Shown in pieces: positions 49,943 to 61,410 of a stretch of DNA of 64,000 nucleotides (position 1 is the first letter of the stretch; each line of letters opens with the position of its first letter). A model generated the notes under the pieces. The model saw only the letters and a program-made list of their open reading frames with translations. It was not told the DNA's origin and searched no databases. This DNA comes from a virus: positions 1 through 64,000 of the IMG/VR virus record IMGVR_UViG_3300044612_001255, one strand, 5' to 3'. The position numbers and the translations under genes were made by a program.

Positions 49943-50488
49943 TTATTTCAAAGCGTTGATATTGATATTATTTTCTTCACAAATTTTTCTTTTGAATTGA
50001 ATAAGATTTTTTTGATGCTCGTAAAGTTCATCTGATAATTCAGAAATTGAAATATTTAAAGTGTTAGAAATGTACAATTTTGATAAAGATTCAACGTGAA
50101 GCTTCATTGTTCTCTTTTTATACAAATTGTATTTCTCACGATATTTTAATAAGCATTTGTTTTCTGAAATTTTACGATTCATTATTTTACAACAATCACA
50201 ATAATGATCATTCAATAACTTAACATGATTTTTACAATCATCAGTATTGCAGGATTTATATCCATAATGATTAATCATTAATTGTCCTTTACTGTAAACT
50301 TTTTCTTTTATTCTAAATACTCTACTATTTGGCCCATAATTTTTTGAACCTTTTTTGAAATGACCTTTGATTAATGATTCTACATAGACTTTTTTTCCAT
50401 TTCGAAGAATGTTGTAATTTTTAATAACTACACCATCTTCTCTGATTGAATACTGTTCATTTGTTCCTTCAATGAATTTTGTTTCCAT
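49943..50488 (-). CDS. NUMOD4-like / Cys-cluster protein, possibly homing-endonuclease-derived
   Basis: KFIEG...YSIREDG.V start and CNTDDC...CDCC cluster. Markedly AT-rich. Confidence 0.45.
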   Translation of the reverse strand: METKFIEGTNEQYSIREDGVVIKNYNILRNGKKVYVESLIKGHFKKGSKNYGPNSRVFRIKEKVYSKGQLMINHYGYKSCNTDDCKNHVKLLNDHYCDCCKIMNRKISENKCLLKYREKYNLYKKRTMKLHVESLSKLYISNTLNISISELSDELYEHQKNLIQFKRKICEENNININALK

Positions 50489-50858
50489 GATCTTTTGATT
50501 TTATGATTGTAAACATGAAAATGAAAAGAGTCTAATCAATGACTAGACTCTTTTACCACTGGAAAGCACTGGCGACTTAGTTTAACATCAAACCCTATTT
50601 ACTATCCTACTAATAAACGCTTCTTAAGCTGATAATACACTTGTGTAGGCTTTTTATTCATGTGCCAAGCCATCTCTTTAATTGTTAGCTTATCTCGCCA
50701 CAATTCTATGAGAGTGTCTACTTCTTCTTCTGTGAATACGCTCATAATTCTATTCATAATAGCCCCATTGGATTAGTTTATCCTCTGGGGCTGTAACATG
50801 ATATAAATCTTTAACTGGTTTTACATTAAATTTGACATTGAACTTGTCAGCAATAGCT

Positions 50859-51373
50859 CTAAAGTTCTCGATCTCCTCCTCTGTTAGTTTTATTGTTTTG
50901 GTCTTTACGGGGCTCATACATGTATATTGTTAATAGAATCACTGATGACGCTATTACATGAGCCAGAAAGCCAAGAGATGGATGGAGAGTTATTGTTCTC
51001 CATGTGATTATCATTGCTAGTGTGATCATGTAATACACAAATATGTAAAACGCTAAGATCAATGCAATAAAACTTATCATATTTTTCATATGTTCTTTCA
51101 GTTGAGGCTTCATAACCTAAATTTATTCATGAGCATTTCAATTAAATCTGATCTAGTAGTCTTAGTATTTCTAATCTCCACTTCATCACTAACCACCTTG
51201 TAAATTACTTCACTTCGATGTCTGATATTACTATACCATCTGTTTGTTACAACTAATGGTGTTATCCCAGTAATATCACTTACACGTTTGAATGCGTATG
51301 TAAGATTAGTAGGATAGAGCTTCACCATTGTAATGATGATTCTGTCGAGTTGTTCCTTGTTTTTAACTTTCAT
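50859..51373 (-). CDS. Two hypothetical genes (50859-51113 two-TM; 51110-51373 HTH-like)
   Basis: Hydrophobic helices in the first. Helix pattern AF..VS..TG.TP..V..RWY in the second. Confidence 0.5.
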
Positions 51374-52098
51374 GATTGTAACCAGTTAATAAATGTGCTT
51401 TCAAATGAATCCAAACTTAGTTTACTAATCTTATGGCAGTATTTTGCATAAGCTTCTGTAAATTTCTCTCTGTCGAAGATCTCTAAGGCCATCACTACAT
51501 TCAATGATAGCACCATTCTGTTAGATAGTGGTTTATACTTAGATAGTTCACCAGCATAACTAAATACTTCGTTAGCCTCTTTCAATCTTGTTATCTTGAA
51601 ATTACCTTTCTTGATATTTTCAGACTGTGCATTTTTACTAACAGAAGAAAGTATCATTGCAACAGCAGTGATAGAATAAGGAGTTTTAGATTTGATCTGT
51701 ATTAAATCTAAATATTCCTTCTTACCAACATGAGCATATGATCTAATATAGTCCATGTTAATCCAAGCTTTCTGACTGTTGTTAAGACTTGACACATATT
51801 CAACAAGTCCTTCAACATTTGAAAACCTGTTATCTAGAATAACACCATGAAATGGAATATTCAAATAAAGAGCTGTAATTGCTCTATTGTGTCCATCTAC
51901 AATGTAAATTCTTTCAAATCCATCAAGTAGATTAGTCTTAATCATTAAAATGGGGACTGTAAATCCCCATTTGTTCATACTTTCAACTAAGTCTTTTCTA
52001 ACCTTTGCATCTCTATTAAAAGGCATGCTATTTACTTTCTTATCAAATTCTTGTCTTGATGAGAAACTGACTAAAACTGCATTTTTCATGGCTATCAA
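51370..52098 (-). CDS. ParB/Srx-like domain protein
   Basis: LVESM...G...PI...YIVDGHNR..A motif. Confidence 0.7.
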   Translation of the reverse strand: MIAMKNAVLVSFSSRQEFDKKVNSMPFNRDAKVRKDLVESMNKWGFTVPILMIKTNLLDGFERIYIVDGHNRAITALYLNIPFHGVILDNRFSNVEGLVEYVSSLNNSQKAWINMDYIRSYAHVGKKEYLDLIQIKSKTPYSITAVAMILSSVSKNAQSENIKKGNFKITRLKEANEVFSYAGELSKYKPLSNRMVLSLNVVMALEIFDREKFTEAYAKYCHKISKLSLDSFESTFINWLQS

Positions 52099-54152
52099 GA
52101 GTTAAAGAGTAAATCAAAATGATTAACCACTTCATTCATTGTATCCCATTTGTAAACGAAATGAGATCCAACTTCCTGATGTACACTAATAGATAAAGGA
52201 ATGAATGTACGTGTTAGAAAAACTTCTCCTCTCATAGCTTCAAACTCATCTTCTCCTGGATAGGAAAAGTAAAACGTGTTCTCGTGATCTGTAATCACAA
52301 TGAACTTCTTTGCTGCATCAGGTGTATTGATGTCCATCAACACGTCTGCGATTGTTGTGTGTGCTTTCATGTGCGTTTTTGCTTTAATTGTTTGTTTATT
52401 TGCTTTGATTTTTACTTAATGCTATATAATTGAGCAGTTTATTCTGATGCTCAGCAGACGCACAAATCACGTTAGAATATGATTTGTGGATATTGCTTAA
52501 TAAACTCAATCCACCACACAATAAGTGCGCAGATTAAAATCCCTAACATGCTATAGAATACTATTGCATAGCTAAACTCTTTTTTAGTTAATCTTTTCAT
52601 GTGCGTTTGATTAAATTAATCCTCTAATTCTCCAAATAACTCTCTCCATTCTACTGGATGAATACCAGATATGATAAACTCACGTTCATCAACAGACAAA
52701 TGAGGAAATGCATCTTGAGCAAGTCCTGATATGCCATCAACAAAATCATTCAACCTGATAAGTCTTACCAGATATAATACTCTGTTTTTCAATTATCATA
52801 ATCTTCAACGTCTGATTCAACATCTTCCCATTCTGTGTAATAAATTACATCATCAACATAAGCATCGTCAATATCTCTATATCCTCTGCTTATGCACCAT
52901 TGCAATGCATCTTTTTCATATTTGAAATAGACACATCCATCATCTCCCACCCATCCTTGATTCATTCCTTCACCTGTAATAGAACACTCTCTGGCATATT
53001 TCATAAGAATACCAGAGAAAGTGTTCCAAGAATACAAATGATCATCAATGTAACAGCATGATTAAATGTCGTCTGATGAATCTTCTTTACAGCTTCTGTA
53101 TAAGCCTCATCTCTTCTAATAATCGCATCAATGGCTGACCAATACAATGTAGAAATGAAGAATACAATAACAGTGATGAGAAACTGCTCATCTGTTACAC
53201 CCATATCAATTGCTGATCCTGTAAATACAAGAATACAAATAGATAAGACTCCTGCGAGCACAGCTGTTCCCATAGCTATAGCTCTAACTAATTTTAATGT
53301 TTTCATAAATAATGGATTAAAATTGGTAAACAATAAATACTATCTAATACGAGACATGTAGCAAATGCTTTCAATGTCTCAGTGCGTGTTCCCTTGAAAT
53401 TGGGCATGATACATAGTGTGATCATAAGTCATGCATGTAAGATTGATCCAATTGCTCGTTTTCAAGATGCATTCTTTCTTCATACTCATGGATCTCATCC
53501 CATTGTTGCTGCATATCATCAGCAAAATACTTATCAAGAGCATCCTTCTTTATAGAAGCAATAGTCTTAGGAAACAAGAAGGTTAAGATTGATTTTAACA
53601 TGTTGTTGTGTGGGTTTAAATGAATAAATAAATAAATAAATAAATGCAGGCTTTGCACCTGCTCGGGAGCATCTGACCCTCCAAATTATAATATACATGT
53701 TGTTTCTTTCATCAAGGTTAACCCAATCTATTGTTGGAGTCAGAATCATACATCCTACTTGATTACTTACAACATGTGATACATTACAACAATCCCTCTG
53801 CACTTAGTTGTAGCTTTATAGTCCTCTCTCTATCTAGTAAAGCTAGAAGATTAATGGAGTATACTCTTAATAGGCTACAACTGAATGGTGCATTGAAACA
53901 AAAGAGCCCCATTACAGGCTCTTATTGTCCATTCTAAGAAGATTCTTGCATAGCAATAGAATGTTCCATTTGAATCTTACCAGCTAATGCTTCAAGCTTC
54001 TTTGCCATCTGTCTAATAAACTCTTTATGCTCTATGTTAGAATAGACAGCTTCTTTACACTCACAAGAGAGTGCATATACCAATTCATCCAATGACTTTT
54101 CCATTTTAATTTTCAGTTTAATGCTATATAAAATGATGAATACTAAAATCAA
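52095..54152 (-). CDS. Small early-type genes (52095-52370, 52789-~53004, 53001-~53306 two-TM, 53422-~53601, 53934-~54104)
   Basis: Short ORFs with A-rich leaders, separated by long intergenic gaps and hairpins. Confidence 0.5.
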
Positions 54153-54413
54153 GGTTTATGAAAACACCTCATTATTACGTGTGTGGTGTCACTCCTACTC
54201 CATTACACACAACTATTTCTTAGCAAAGTACAACATGAAGTTTACAATTCCCCGTGTAAAACTTTATTAAATTGTACATTACCATAAAACCATTGCATTT
54301 TACCTAGAGAATAGCAACTACACATCCTCACACCATATATAATACAACGCAACATGTATCATATACGTCTGATTTGCTCAGATGCATTGGATGTGTAATA
54401 GTGCCTATACACG

Positions 54414-54439
54414 AGGAAAGGGCCTAAGCCCCTTCCGTG
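54414..54439 (-). terminator. Hairpin after the first - strand gene
   Basis: GGAAAGGG-CCTAAG-CCCCTTCC imperfect stem immediately after the stop at 54440. Confidence 0.5.
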
Positions 54440-54848
54440 TTAACCTATTGCCTCTTCTAGCTCAACGATGTTAGCAGTGTCTGTGAAGTTCCCTTCAGAG
54501 TAACGCTTTGCTAAGCCTTCCACCTTCTTGTTGGAGAGATAACTTCCAACAGTGCTGTAGCCATCGAAGTCCCATAAATCTCTGGTGATTCTTGCGCCAT
54601 CCTCGTCCACTCCTAAATCAACGCCTTTGCGTTCAATCAAATAGATTGCGCGAACCTTCTCACCTTTAGCAACAATATCTTTGGTAAAAGCATCTTTGCT
54701 AGGTACTCTAAAGGTGATGCCTTTAACCTTGTAGACCTCATAGGATTCGTTAGCAAAGCCTTCCTTTTCGCTCTTATACTTCCTGGTAAGGATGTGCTGA
54801 ACTCTATCGATGTCCTGTCCTTCAATGGTTTTTTCTACGATGTTCATA
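54440..54848 (-). CDS. Hypothetical protein, first gene of the - strand block
   Basis: Likely start MNIVEK after the A-rich leader AAAACAAAAACACATT. Confidence 0.6.
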
Positions 54849-55042
54849 ATGTGTTTTTGTTTTTGGTTTACAGCAACAGGGGTACTACCCCAACTTGCCA
54901 AATTCCCTAAGGGGTTTCAATTAGATGTAAGCTCCTCCCCCATTGACACAACACTTTTCCAAATTTTGAAAATTTTGGTGGGGGTCTTTTTCCCAATCGC
55001 CTCATAGTGCGGGGTGTTCATTAAAAAACAGAAATAATAAAA

Positions 55043-55075
55043 TTTGTTATTTTCACGGAGGATGTTTTATATTTG
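55043..55075 (+). promoter_or_regulatory. Bacteroidota sigma-A consensus promoter
   Basis: TTTG (55043-46), 21-nt spacer, TATATTTG (55068-75), a perfect TAnnTTTG match. Confidence 0.75.
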
Positions 55076-55093
55076 TTATAAACCAATGGACTA

Positions 55094-55441
55094 ATGATTG
55101 TACAACGATTAAAGAAGGGATTACAGAATGACACGGAAGTGTCTTACAGGTATTATTCTGTTCTTTCTGCATTGAATGATTTGGAGCTTACAGACAGAGA
55201 GATTCAGCTTATGTCTTTCATTGCTGTTTCTGGAAGTATTTCTGTTCCTAGTAATAGGGAGAAATTCTGCTCAACATATGAGACAACAGGAGCAACGGTG
55301 AATAACATGGTGAGCAAGCTTAAGAAGAGAAATCTTCTTTTTAAGAAGGATGGAAAGATTGTTGTCAATCCGTTAATATCGTTAGATTTCTCCAGTGACA
55401 TTACATTAGAGATAAAGATTTTGCATGAAGAAAAAGCCTAG
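55094..55441 (+). CDS. Winged-HTH DNA-binding protein
   Basis: LTDREIQL...TVNNMVSKLKKRNLL...VNP pattern. Confidence 0.65.
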   Translation: MIVQRLKKGLQNDTEVSYRYYSVLSALNDLELTDREIQLMSFIAVSGSISVPSNREKFCSTYETTGATVNNMVSKLKKRNLLFKKDGKIVVNPLISLDFSSDITLEIKILHEEKA

Positions 55442-55838
55442 TTCAATGTCCCATAGGGATTGGTTTGTTAAACAGCTTGCCAATTCTTTAAACATGGATG
55501 TGAAGATTGTCGATCAAGTGATAAAGCATCAGTTTGACACAACGCTAGCAGCTCTACAGAAGAATAAGACAGTGGAGATTTCTGGATGGGGAACATTTAA
55601 ATGGAACGATAGAGCTGCACAGAAGAGGCTTGATGTTTTAGATGAGAAGATTAGAAGTTTGAGAGACATGATTTCCAGCTCTGATAGTGATGTTAAAACG
55701 GAGAAGTGGAATGATGATATTGATTACATGTTGTTGAGGCGTAAAGTATTAATGAATAAGATAAATGAGCTTAACACAGATTTACGAAGGTTGGAAAAAC
55801 AAGCTGCTCCCAGAAGAAAGCCTAAAGGAACAGATTGA
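55425..55838 (+). CDS. IHF/HU-like DNA-binding protein
   Basis: LA.......V...I........L......VEISGWGTF pattern. Confidence 0.7.
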   Translation: MKKKPSSMSHRDWFVKQLANSLNMDVKIVDQVIKHQFDTTLAALQKNKTVEISGWGTFKWNDRAAQKRLDVLDEKIRSLRDMISSSDSDVKTEKWNDDIDYMLLRRKVLMNKINELNTDLRRLEKQAAPRRKPKGTD

Positions 55839-56046
55839 TCAAGTGTCAGCGGAGAGAATGAGCATATGCAATGATTGTAAGTTTCATTCTAAACATCACA
55901 AGACAATACGTTTAGATGCACATTGTGTACATTGTGGATGTACGTTGTCAGCTAAAACAAAATGCTTGTCTTGTGCATGTCCTACAGAGAAATGGAAACC
56001 AGTGATGACAAGAGAACAAGAGGAGGAAATCGATGAGGCAGAATAA
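55765..56046 (+). CDS. Cys-rich Zn-binding protein
   Basis: R..ICNDC...CVHCGC.L.AKT......CP..KW pattern. Confidence 0.7.
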   Translation: MSLTQIYEGWKNKLLPEESLKEQIDQVSAERMSICNDCKFHSKHHKTIRLDAHCVHCGCTLSAKTKCLSCACPTEKWKPVMTREQEEEIDEAE

Positions 56047-56463
56047 AGAAATACGTTTTAGAAAAATCAGCTTGCAGCTACTCCTTGATACATTGACACA
56101 TATATGGGACTCTGGAGCTGATTACGTTGACATCATTGGTATTCAAGGCGAAGATCAAGATGTCATTAATATTGTTGTACAAGAAGAATACATGTCAGAG
56201 GAAGAAGACATTGAAGAAGATGACGAGGATCCACCAACACTTTCTGATGAAGATATAAACAACTTGATATGAATAGAGCTATGATTGGACAAGAATCGAT
56301 GTCCGTAATTGAAAGATTGGCAGCGTTGTGCGCCACGCCTGGTATTGATGACAAAACCAAGGAGATTGCTAATAAACAGATTCAGGAATTGCTTGGCGGT
56401 CCTGTTCAAACTTCTGTTACAGAGTTGAAGACAGCTGCTGCTGGTATTGTAACCCTATCATAA
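56033..56463 (+). CDS. Two small hypothetical genes (56033-56272 acidic, 56269-56463)
   Basis: Coupled ORFs. Confidence 0.55.
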
Positions 56464-56795
56464 TGGCTGCTCCAAAGAAAACTACGTACATTAATACAGA
56501 GCTTGATTGGGCAGAGGAGCAGCTTTCTAGCTGGAAGCAATATGTTGATGCCAATCCCATGCATGAGCTTAAGGATAGGATTGAATGGAAACCTACAGCT
56601 AAGGGTGGAATGTTGCCTATGGTGATTGCCAGTATTGAGAGTCAGGGTAAGTTTATTCAGGAGACAATGAAGAACTATCTAGCTCTTCTTGAGGTGGTGG
56701 ATAAGCTGAGAGAAAAGGAAGAATCTAAAGTGGAAATACGTGGTAATGGTGAGCTTGGCTCAATGGCTGAAGATTTCCTTAAAGGTAGACGATGA
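56463..56795 (+). CDS. Putative terminase small subunit
   Basis: Helical protein coupled directly upstream of TerL. Call is by position only. Confidence 0.5.
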   Translation: MAAPKKTTYINTELDWAEEQLSSWKQYVDANPMHELKDRIEWKPTAKGGMLPMVIASIESQGKFIQETMKNYLALLEVVDKLREKEESKVEIRGNGELGSMAEDFLKGRR

Positions 56796-58816
56796 ATTTA
56801 GAAAATGTTAAATACAGTGAGTGGTTGATTAACCAGCCACGCCTTCCTGATAAAACATCACAGGAATACAAGCCCTTCTTTGATTTTCATAAGAAGCTGT
56901 GCCTAGATGGATTTATAATGGATGGTGTGTTCATCAACCCTTTTCTGTATTGGCATTTGAATCTGTGGCATACAGAAGTGGATGTTATGGATGATAGAGG
57001 ACGCATCTATCAGAAATATGCCAATCCCTCACTCAGAGACAATGAATGGTTAGTGACAAATGAAATAGACAGAGCCCATGCTGAGAAGCGTGGGTTGGTC
57101 ATTTTGGGTATTAGACGTTTTGCTAAGTCTGTCTTAGAAGCTAGCTACATTGCATGGGGTGCTACGTTTGATGAGAACTCACAGAACGTAATTGCTGGCT
57201 TGAATGCTCCAGATATAAAGCTTATTACAGACAAGCTTGACAAGGGCCTCAACTTTCTTCCTGAATACTTCAGATGGCAACGTGTAGAAGATAATTGGAA
57301 GAATCAAGTGACGTTAGGAATAAAGACAAAGAGTGGAGAGAGAATACCATTCTCTCAAATTCTTATTCGTAACTTAGATGAGGGTAATAATGAAGAAGCT
57401 ATTGCTGGTACAAAGCCACGAAAGCTTATCATTGATGAGATTGGTAAGGGGTCTTTTTTAAGAGGCTTACAGGCTGCTGTTCCTGGCTTTACAACACCAT
57501 TTGGATGGGGATGTTCTCCTATTCTTACAGGTACAGGGGGTGACATGAAGCGTTTTATGGATGCTAAATCGTTGATGTTTGATGTTGAGAATTACAACTT
57601 TCTAACATACAACAATGAAGATGATACAAAACGTGTACATGGGCTATTCATTTCTAATAAATATAGAATGGAAGCCAAAGAAAATTCTACGTTAGGAGAT
57701 TATGTAAAAGCTTCAAAGAATAGTGATCTTCGTAATGTAAAAATGTTAGTGTCTAATGAAGAGAAAGCTGATAGAATCACCACTGATAATTTAGAAAGAT
57801 TAAAGAAAGCTGGAGATAGAGTGGCATTTCTAAAAGAGAAGATGTACTATCCACAAAAGGTGGATGACATATTCCTCAACGAAGACACTAACATCTTCGA
57901 TATAGAAGCTGCTAAGAGACAGAAAACCAGACTATTACAGAACGAAAGAACAGGAACACCTGTTATTTTATTTAATGACGAAGGAAAGATAGGACATGAG
58001 TTTACAGACAACATGCCTATTACAAACTTTCCTCTCAAGAGTACAGACAGAAAAGATGCTCCTATAGTGATATATGAATTTCCTATAGAGAATCCTCCCT
58101 ATGGATTATACGTTGCAGGAGTTGACCCCTACAGACAAGGACAGGCAAAGTATTCAACTTCATTAGGTTCTGTGTATATTTACAAGAGAATGCACGATCT
58201 CACTGGTGAAAAATATCAGGATATGTTCGTAGCTTCGTACTGTGCAAGACCTGATAAGAAGGAAACGTGGGAAGAACAGGCTAGATTACTGATTAAATAT
58301 TACAACGCTAGAGCTCTTTGTGAAAATGACGATATTTCGTTCATTGAATACATGAAAAGCAAAGGCGATGCACACTATCTAGAGAAGCAACCACAATGGT
58401 TGTTAGAAGTGATTCCTAACACTACTGTGAAACGAGAGTATGGAATTCACAGATCAGCTCAAAAAATAATTGACTATCTACATACATGTTTGAAGAGATA
58501 CATGGAAGATGTTATTTATTCTGAGAAAGATGATAGTGGCGTTATAACTAGAGAAGTTACAGGGGTGAGTAAGATATTTGACCCAATGCTTCTTGAAGAA
58601 ATTATCCAATACAACGATGAGGGAAACTTCGATAGGATTATAGCAGCAGAACTTGCTATAGCTCAGGCACTTAAGATGGACCCTATATTAGGAAAGATTG
58701 GAGGAACTACTGATGAACGAGTTAAATCGTTATATTCAAAAAAAGGAAAGAATAATAAGCTGTTTAGCAGCTCTAAAAATATGTTCAATACGAGGAAAAA
58801 TAAATTATTTTCATAA
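56792..58816 (+). CDS. terL: Terminase large subunit
   Basis: RRFAKS (Walker A variant), LIIDEIG (Walker B), TGTGG, and nuclease motifs YVAGVDPY and NFDRIIA. Confidence 0.9.
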   Translation: MNLENVKYSEWLINQPRLPDKTSQEYKPFFDFHKKLCLDGFIMDGVFINPFLYWHLNLWHTEVDVMDDRGRIYQKYANPSLRDNEWLVTNEIDRAHAEKRGLVILGIRRFAKSVLEASYIAWGATFDENSQNVIAGLNAPDIKLITDKLDKGLNFLPEYFRWQRVEDNWKNQVTLGIKTKSGERIPFSQILIRNLDEGNNEEAIAGTKPRKLIIDEIGKGSFLRGLQAAVPGFTTPFGWGCSPILTGTGGDMKRFMDAKSLMFDVENYNFLTYNNEDDTKRVHGLFISNKYRMEAKENSTLGDYVKASKNSDLRNVKMLVSNEEKADRITTDNLERLKKAGDRVAFLKEKMYYPQKVDDIFLNEDTNIFDIEAAKRQKTRLLQNERTGTPVILFNDEGKIGHEFTDNMPITNFPLKSTDRKDAPIVIYEFPIENPPYGLYVAGVDPYRQGQAKYSTSLGSVYIYKRMHDLTGEKYQDMFVASYCARPDKKETWEEQARLLIKYYNARALCENDDISFIEYMKSKGDAHYLEKQPQWLLEVIPNTTVKREYGIHRSAQKIIDYLHTCLKRYMEDVIYSEKDDSGVITREVTGVSKIFDPMLLEEIIQYNDEGNFDRIIAAELAIAQALKMDPILGKIGGTTDERVKSLYSKKGKNNKLFSSSKNMFNTRKNKLFS

Positions 58817-61410
58817 TGGCAATCATTAGATATACCAAGGACGCAACCATACGATATGCCTATCTTAACATTTTCCCTGATCAATTCAAGACAGAGAAAG
58901 AAAAGCAGGATGAGAGTTGGGTGAAAAACACGATGGATTATTTCGCAAACAAGTCGTATGCGGAATACATGAAGAGTCGTGATACATTTGTTAAAAACTA
59001 TGACTTGGTGAAAGGAATTCTTCGTATGGAAGACTTCTACCAAGAGCCAGATGTAAAATCGTTTACAGAAATCTTACAAGCAGATTTAGGCTTACCAGCA
59101 TATGTTAAGCACTATTCTATTGTAACCACTCCTATTAATAACCTTGTAGGTGAAATATCTAAGCGTCCAGATACATTTCGTGTAAAGGCATTTGATGATG
59201 ATAGCCAGTCTGAAGAATTACAATTCAAGACAGATGTGCTACAAGAGTTTATTATCTCTAAAGCCAAAGAAGGCATAATGCAGAAACTAGCTATGCAAGG
59301 TCAAGAGATTGACGAAGAGCAGCTAGAACAAATGACAATGGAGCAAGTGAAGGATCAACTAGATTCTTACACCTCTGTAGCAGAGAAGTGGGCTAACCAC
59401 ATTCTAACATGCCAGAAAGCAGAATTCAATCTTAAAGAAAAGAGCGAAGATGCATTTAGAGATCTTCTTATTTCTGCTAGAGAGTTCTATCACATCTATG
59501 AAGATAACTCCAAACTTGGATTTAACATAGAAGTCGCCAACCCAAAGAACACATGGTTTTTAACAACACCAGATAGAAAGTGGATTTCTGATCCAACAGG
59601 AAGAAACCAAGGAGCGTATGCTGCTGGTACTGTGCAAGTTATGGAACTTTCTGAAATTATTGAATCAATTCCTGACCTCACTAAAGACGAGATTGATCAC
59701 CTAAGAAGCTCATTGCAAGACTACGGACTCATCAACGTTCGTGAATCTAATCTTGGTAATCCTAATGCTGCTGATGGTATTGACTCTATTCAATATGACA
59801 CATTCGATCCTCTTGTTCTTCAGACAAGAATGATGATTGAAAGTGAGATGAAAGAGAACAATGATGGACTAAAAGACTTCCTAGGACTAACAACAAACGT
59901 ATCTACATTTGGATATAAATATGTTGTTGTTAGATCATATTGGATTAGCAAAAGAAAGATTGGTAAACTTTCCTACCTTGATGAGATGGGTAATGAGCAA
60001 ACCGTTCTTGTTGATGAAAACTACAAATCAAACACTATTCCTACACAAATCTCTCTTGAATGGGGTTGGATTAACCAATGGTATCAGGGAACAAAGATTG
60101 GTCCAGATATCTACCACATCAAACCTCTTAAAATCCTTAACTATTGCCCTATTATAGGCACTACGTACGAGGTGAAGAACACAGAAGCTAAATCACTAGT
60201 AGATTTGATGAAGCCATTTCAAGTGTTGTACAACATTTGTATGAATCAGCTTTACAAACTCCTAGAGAAAGAAATTGGTAACGTAGCTTCTGTAAACATT
60301 AGACGTGTTCCTAGACTAAAAGATGGAGATGATCAAGATTCTCTTGACGTATGGGAAATGGAGGCAAGAGAGCGTGGTATTATATTTGATGATGACAGCC
60401 CAGAGAACACAAAGGCTGCTGTCTCTAACACCACCATTGCAAGAAACATAGACTTGACAAGAACAAACGAAATCCAGTCTAGATATAATCTTGCTCTTCA
60501 ATTGAAGAACGAATGCTGGGAACTTATAGGCATCTCTAGACAGCGTTTAGGAAGCGTACAAGCGAGCGAATCTGCCACAGGTGTCAACACAGCTGTCAGT
60601 CAGTCATATGCCCAGACAGAGCCCCTATTCATCGCACACGAGTATGTATTAGGTCAGTTATACCAAGCTATTGTAGATGCAGCACAATATATAGAAAGTG
60701 CTAAGCCAATGTCTACACTATCATACATTACATCAGAAGGAGAATCTGCATTTATACAAGTGAATGGTAATGATTTGAAGCTTCGTGATCTTAAAGTGTT
60801 TATTACAAATAGACCAGAGGATACACAAATGTTTAACGAGCTTCGTCAGCTATCTCAAGCAGTTATACAGAATGGTGGCACACTATATGATATAATAGAA
60901 TTGTATTCTACTAAGTCTATGAGAGAGATGAAGAAGACATTCAAAAATCTCAAGGATCGTCAACAGATGATGCAAGACCAGCAGATGCAACAACAGCAGC
61001 AACAGCTTGAGCAACAACAACAAATTGCAGCTGCTCAGATGCAGGCTCAACAACAGCAGCAGCAAGAAATGTTAGCTAACCAAAACTATCAGCAAGAACT
61101 TGATAGAATTAATAAGAAAGAAATAGCTCTTATTAATGCAGCTGCGAGAGGAGAAGCGGCAACACAAGATGTTGATGAGTCAGGCACTGCTGATATACTA
61201 GAGATATCAAACTTGTCTATGCAGCAGTCTAAAGCAGCTCAAGATTATCAATTGAAGATGCAAGACATTCAATCTAAAAACACTCAAGCTATGCAGAAGC
61301 TACAACTTGAAAAAGAAAAGATAAATGTTGCTAGAGAGAATATGAAGAATGATGTTGAAGTGGCTAAAATAAATGCTTCTAATAGAGCATCTAAAAGCAA
61401 TAAGAAATAA
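58816..61410 (+). CDS. Portal protein (crAss-like)
   Basis: 864 aa directly after TerL, with SLVDLMKPFQ, GISRQRLG and a Q-rich barrel tail. Confidence 0.88.
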   Translation: MAIIRYTKDATIRYAYLNIFPDQFKTEKEKQDESWVKNTMDYFANKSYAEYMKSRDTFVKNYDLVKGILRMEDFYQEPDVKSFTEILQADLGLPAYVKHYSIVTTPINNLVGEISKRPDTFRVKAFDDDSQSEELQFKTDVLQEFIISKAKEGIMQKLAMQGQEIDEEQLEQMTMEQVKDQLDSYTSVAEKWANHILTCQKAEFNLKEKSEDAFRDLLISAREFYHIYEDNSKLGFNIEVANPKNTWFLTTPDRKWISDPTGRNQGAYAAGTVQVMELSEIIESIPDLTKDEIDHLRSSLQDYGLINVRESNLGNPNAADGIDSIQYDTFDPLVLQTRMMIESEMKENNDGLKDFLGLTTNVSTFGYKYVVVRSYWISKRKIGKLSYLDEMGNEQTVLVDENYKSNTIPTQISLEWGWINQWYQGTKIGPDIYHIKPLKILNYCPIIGTTYEVKNTEAKSLVDLMKPFQVLYNICMNQLYKLLEKEIGNVASVNIRRVPRLKDGDDQDSLDVWEMEARERGIIFDDDSPENTKAAVSNTTIARNIDLTRTNEIQSRYNLALQLKNECWELIGISRQRLGSVQASESATGVNTAVSQSYAQTEPLFIAHEYVLGQLYQAIVDAAQYIESAKPMSTLSYITSEGESAFIQVNGNDLKLRDLKVFITNRPEDTQMFNELRQLSQAVIQNGGTLYDIIELYSTKSMREMKKTFKNLKDRQQMMQDQQMQQQQQQLEQQQQIAAAQMQAQQQQQQEMLANQNYQQELDRINKKEIALINAAARGEAATQDVDESGTADILEISNLSMQQSKAAQDYQLKMQDIQSKNTQAMQKLQLEKEKINVARENMKNDVEVAKINASNRASKSNKK

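Noticed and set aside
45760-58816. Introns or inteins in PolB or TerL
   Set aside because: Both ORFs are continuous, of ordinary length, and show no intein motifs.
60960-61100. Poly-Gln CAG/CAA tract in the portal gene
   Set aside because: Ordinary coiled-coil barrel of podovirus-type portals.
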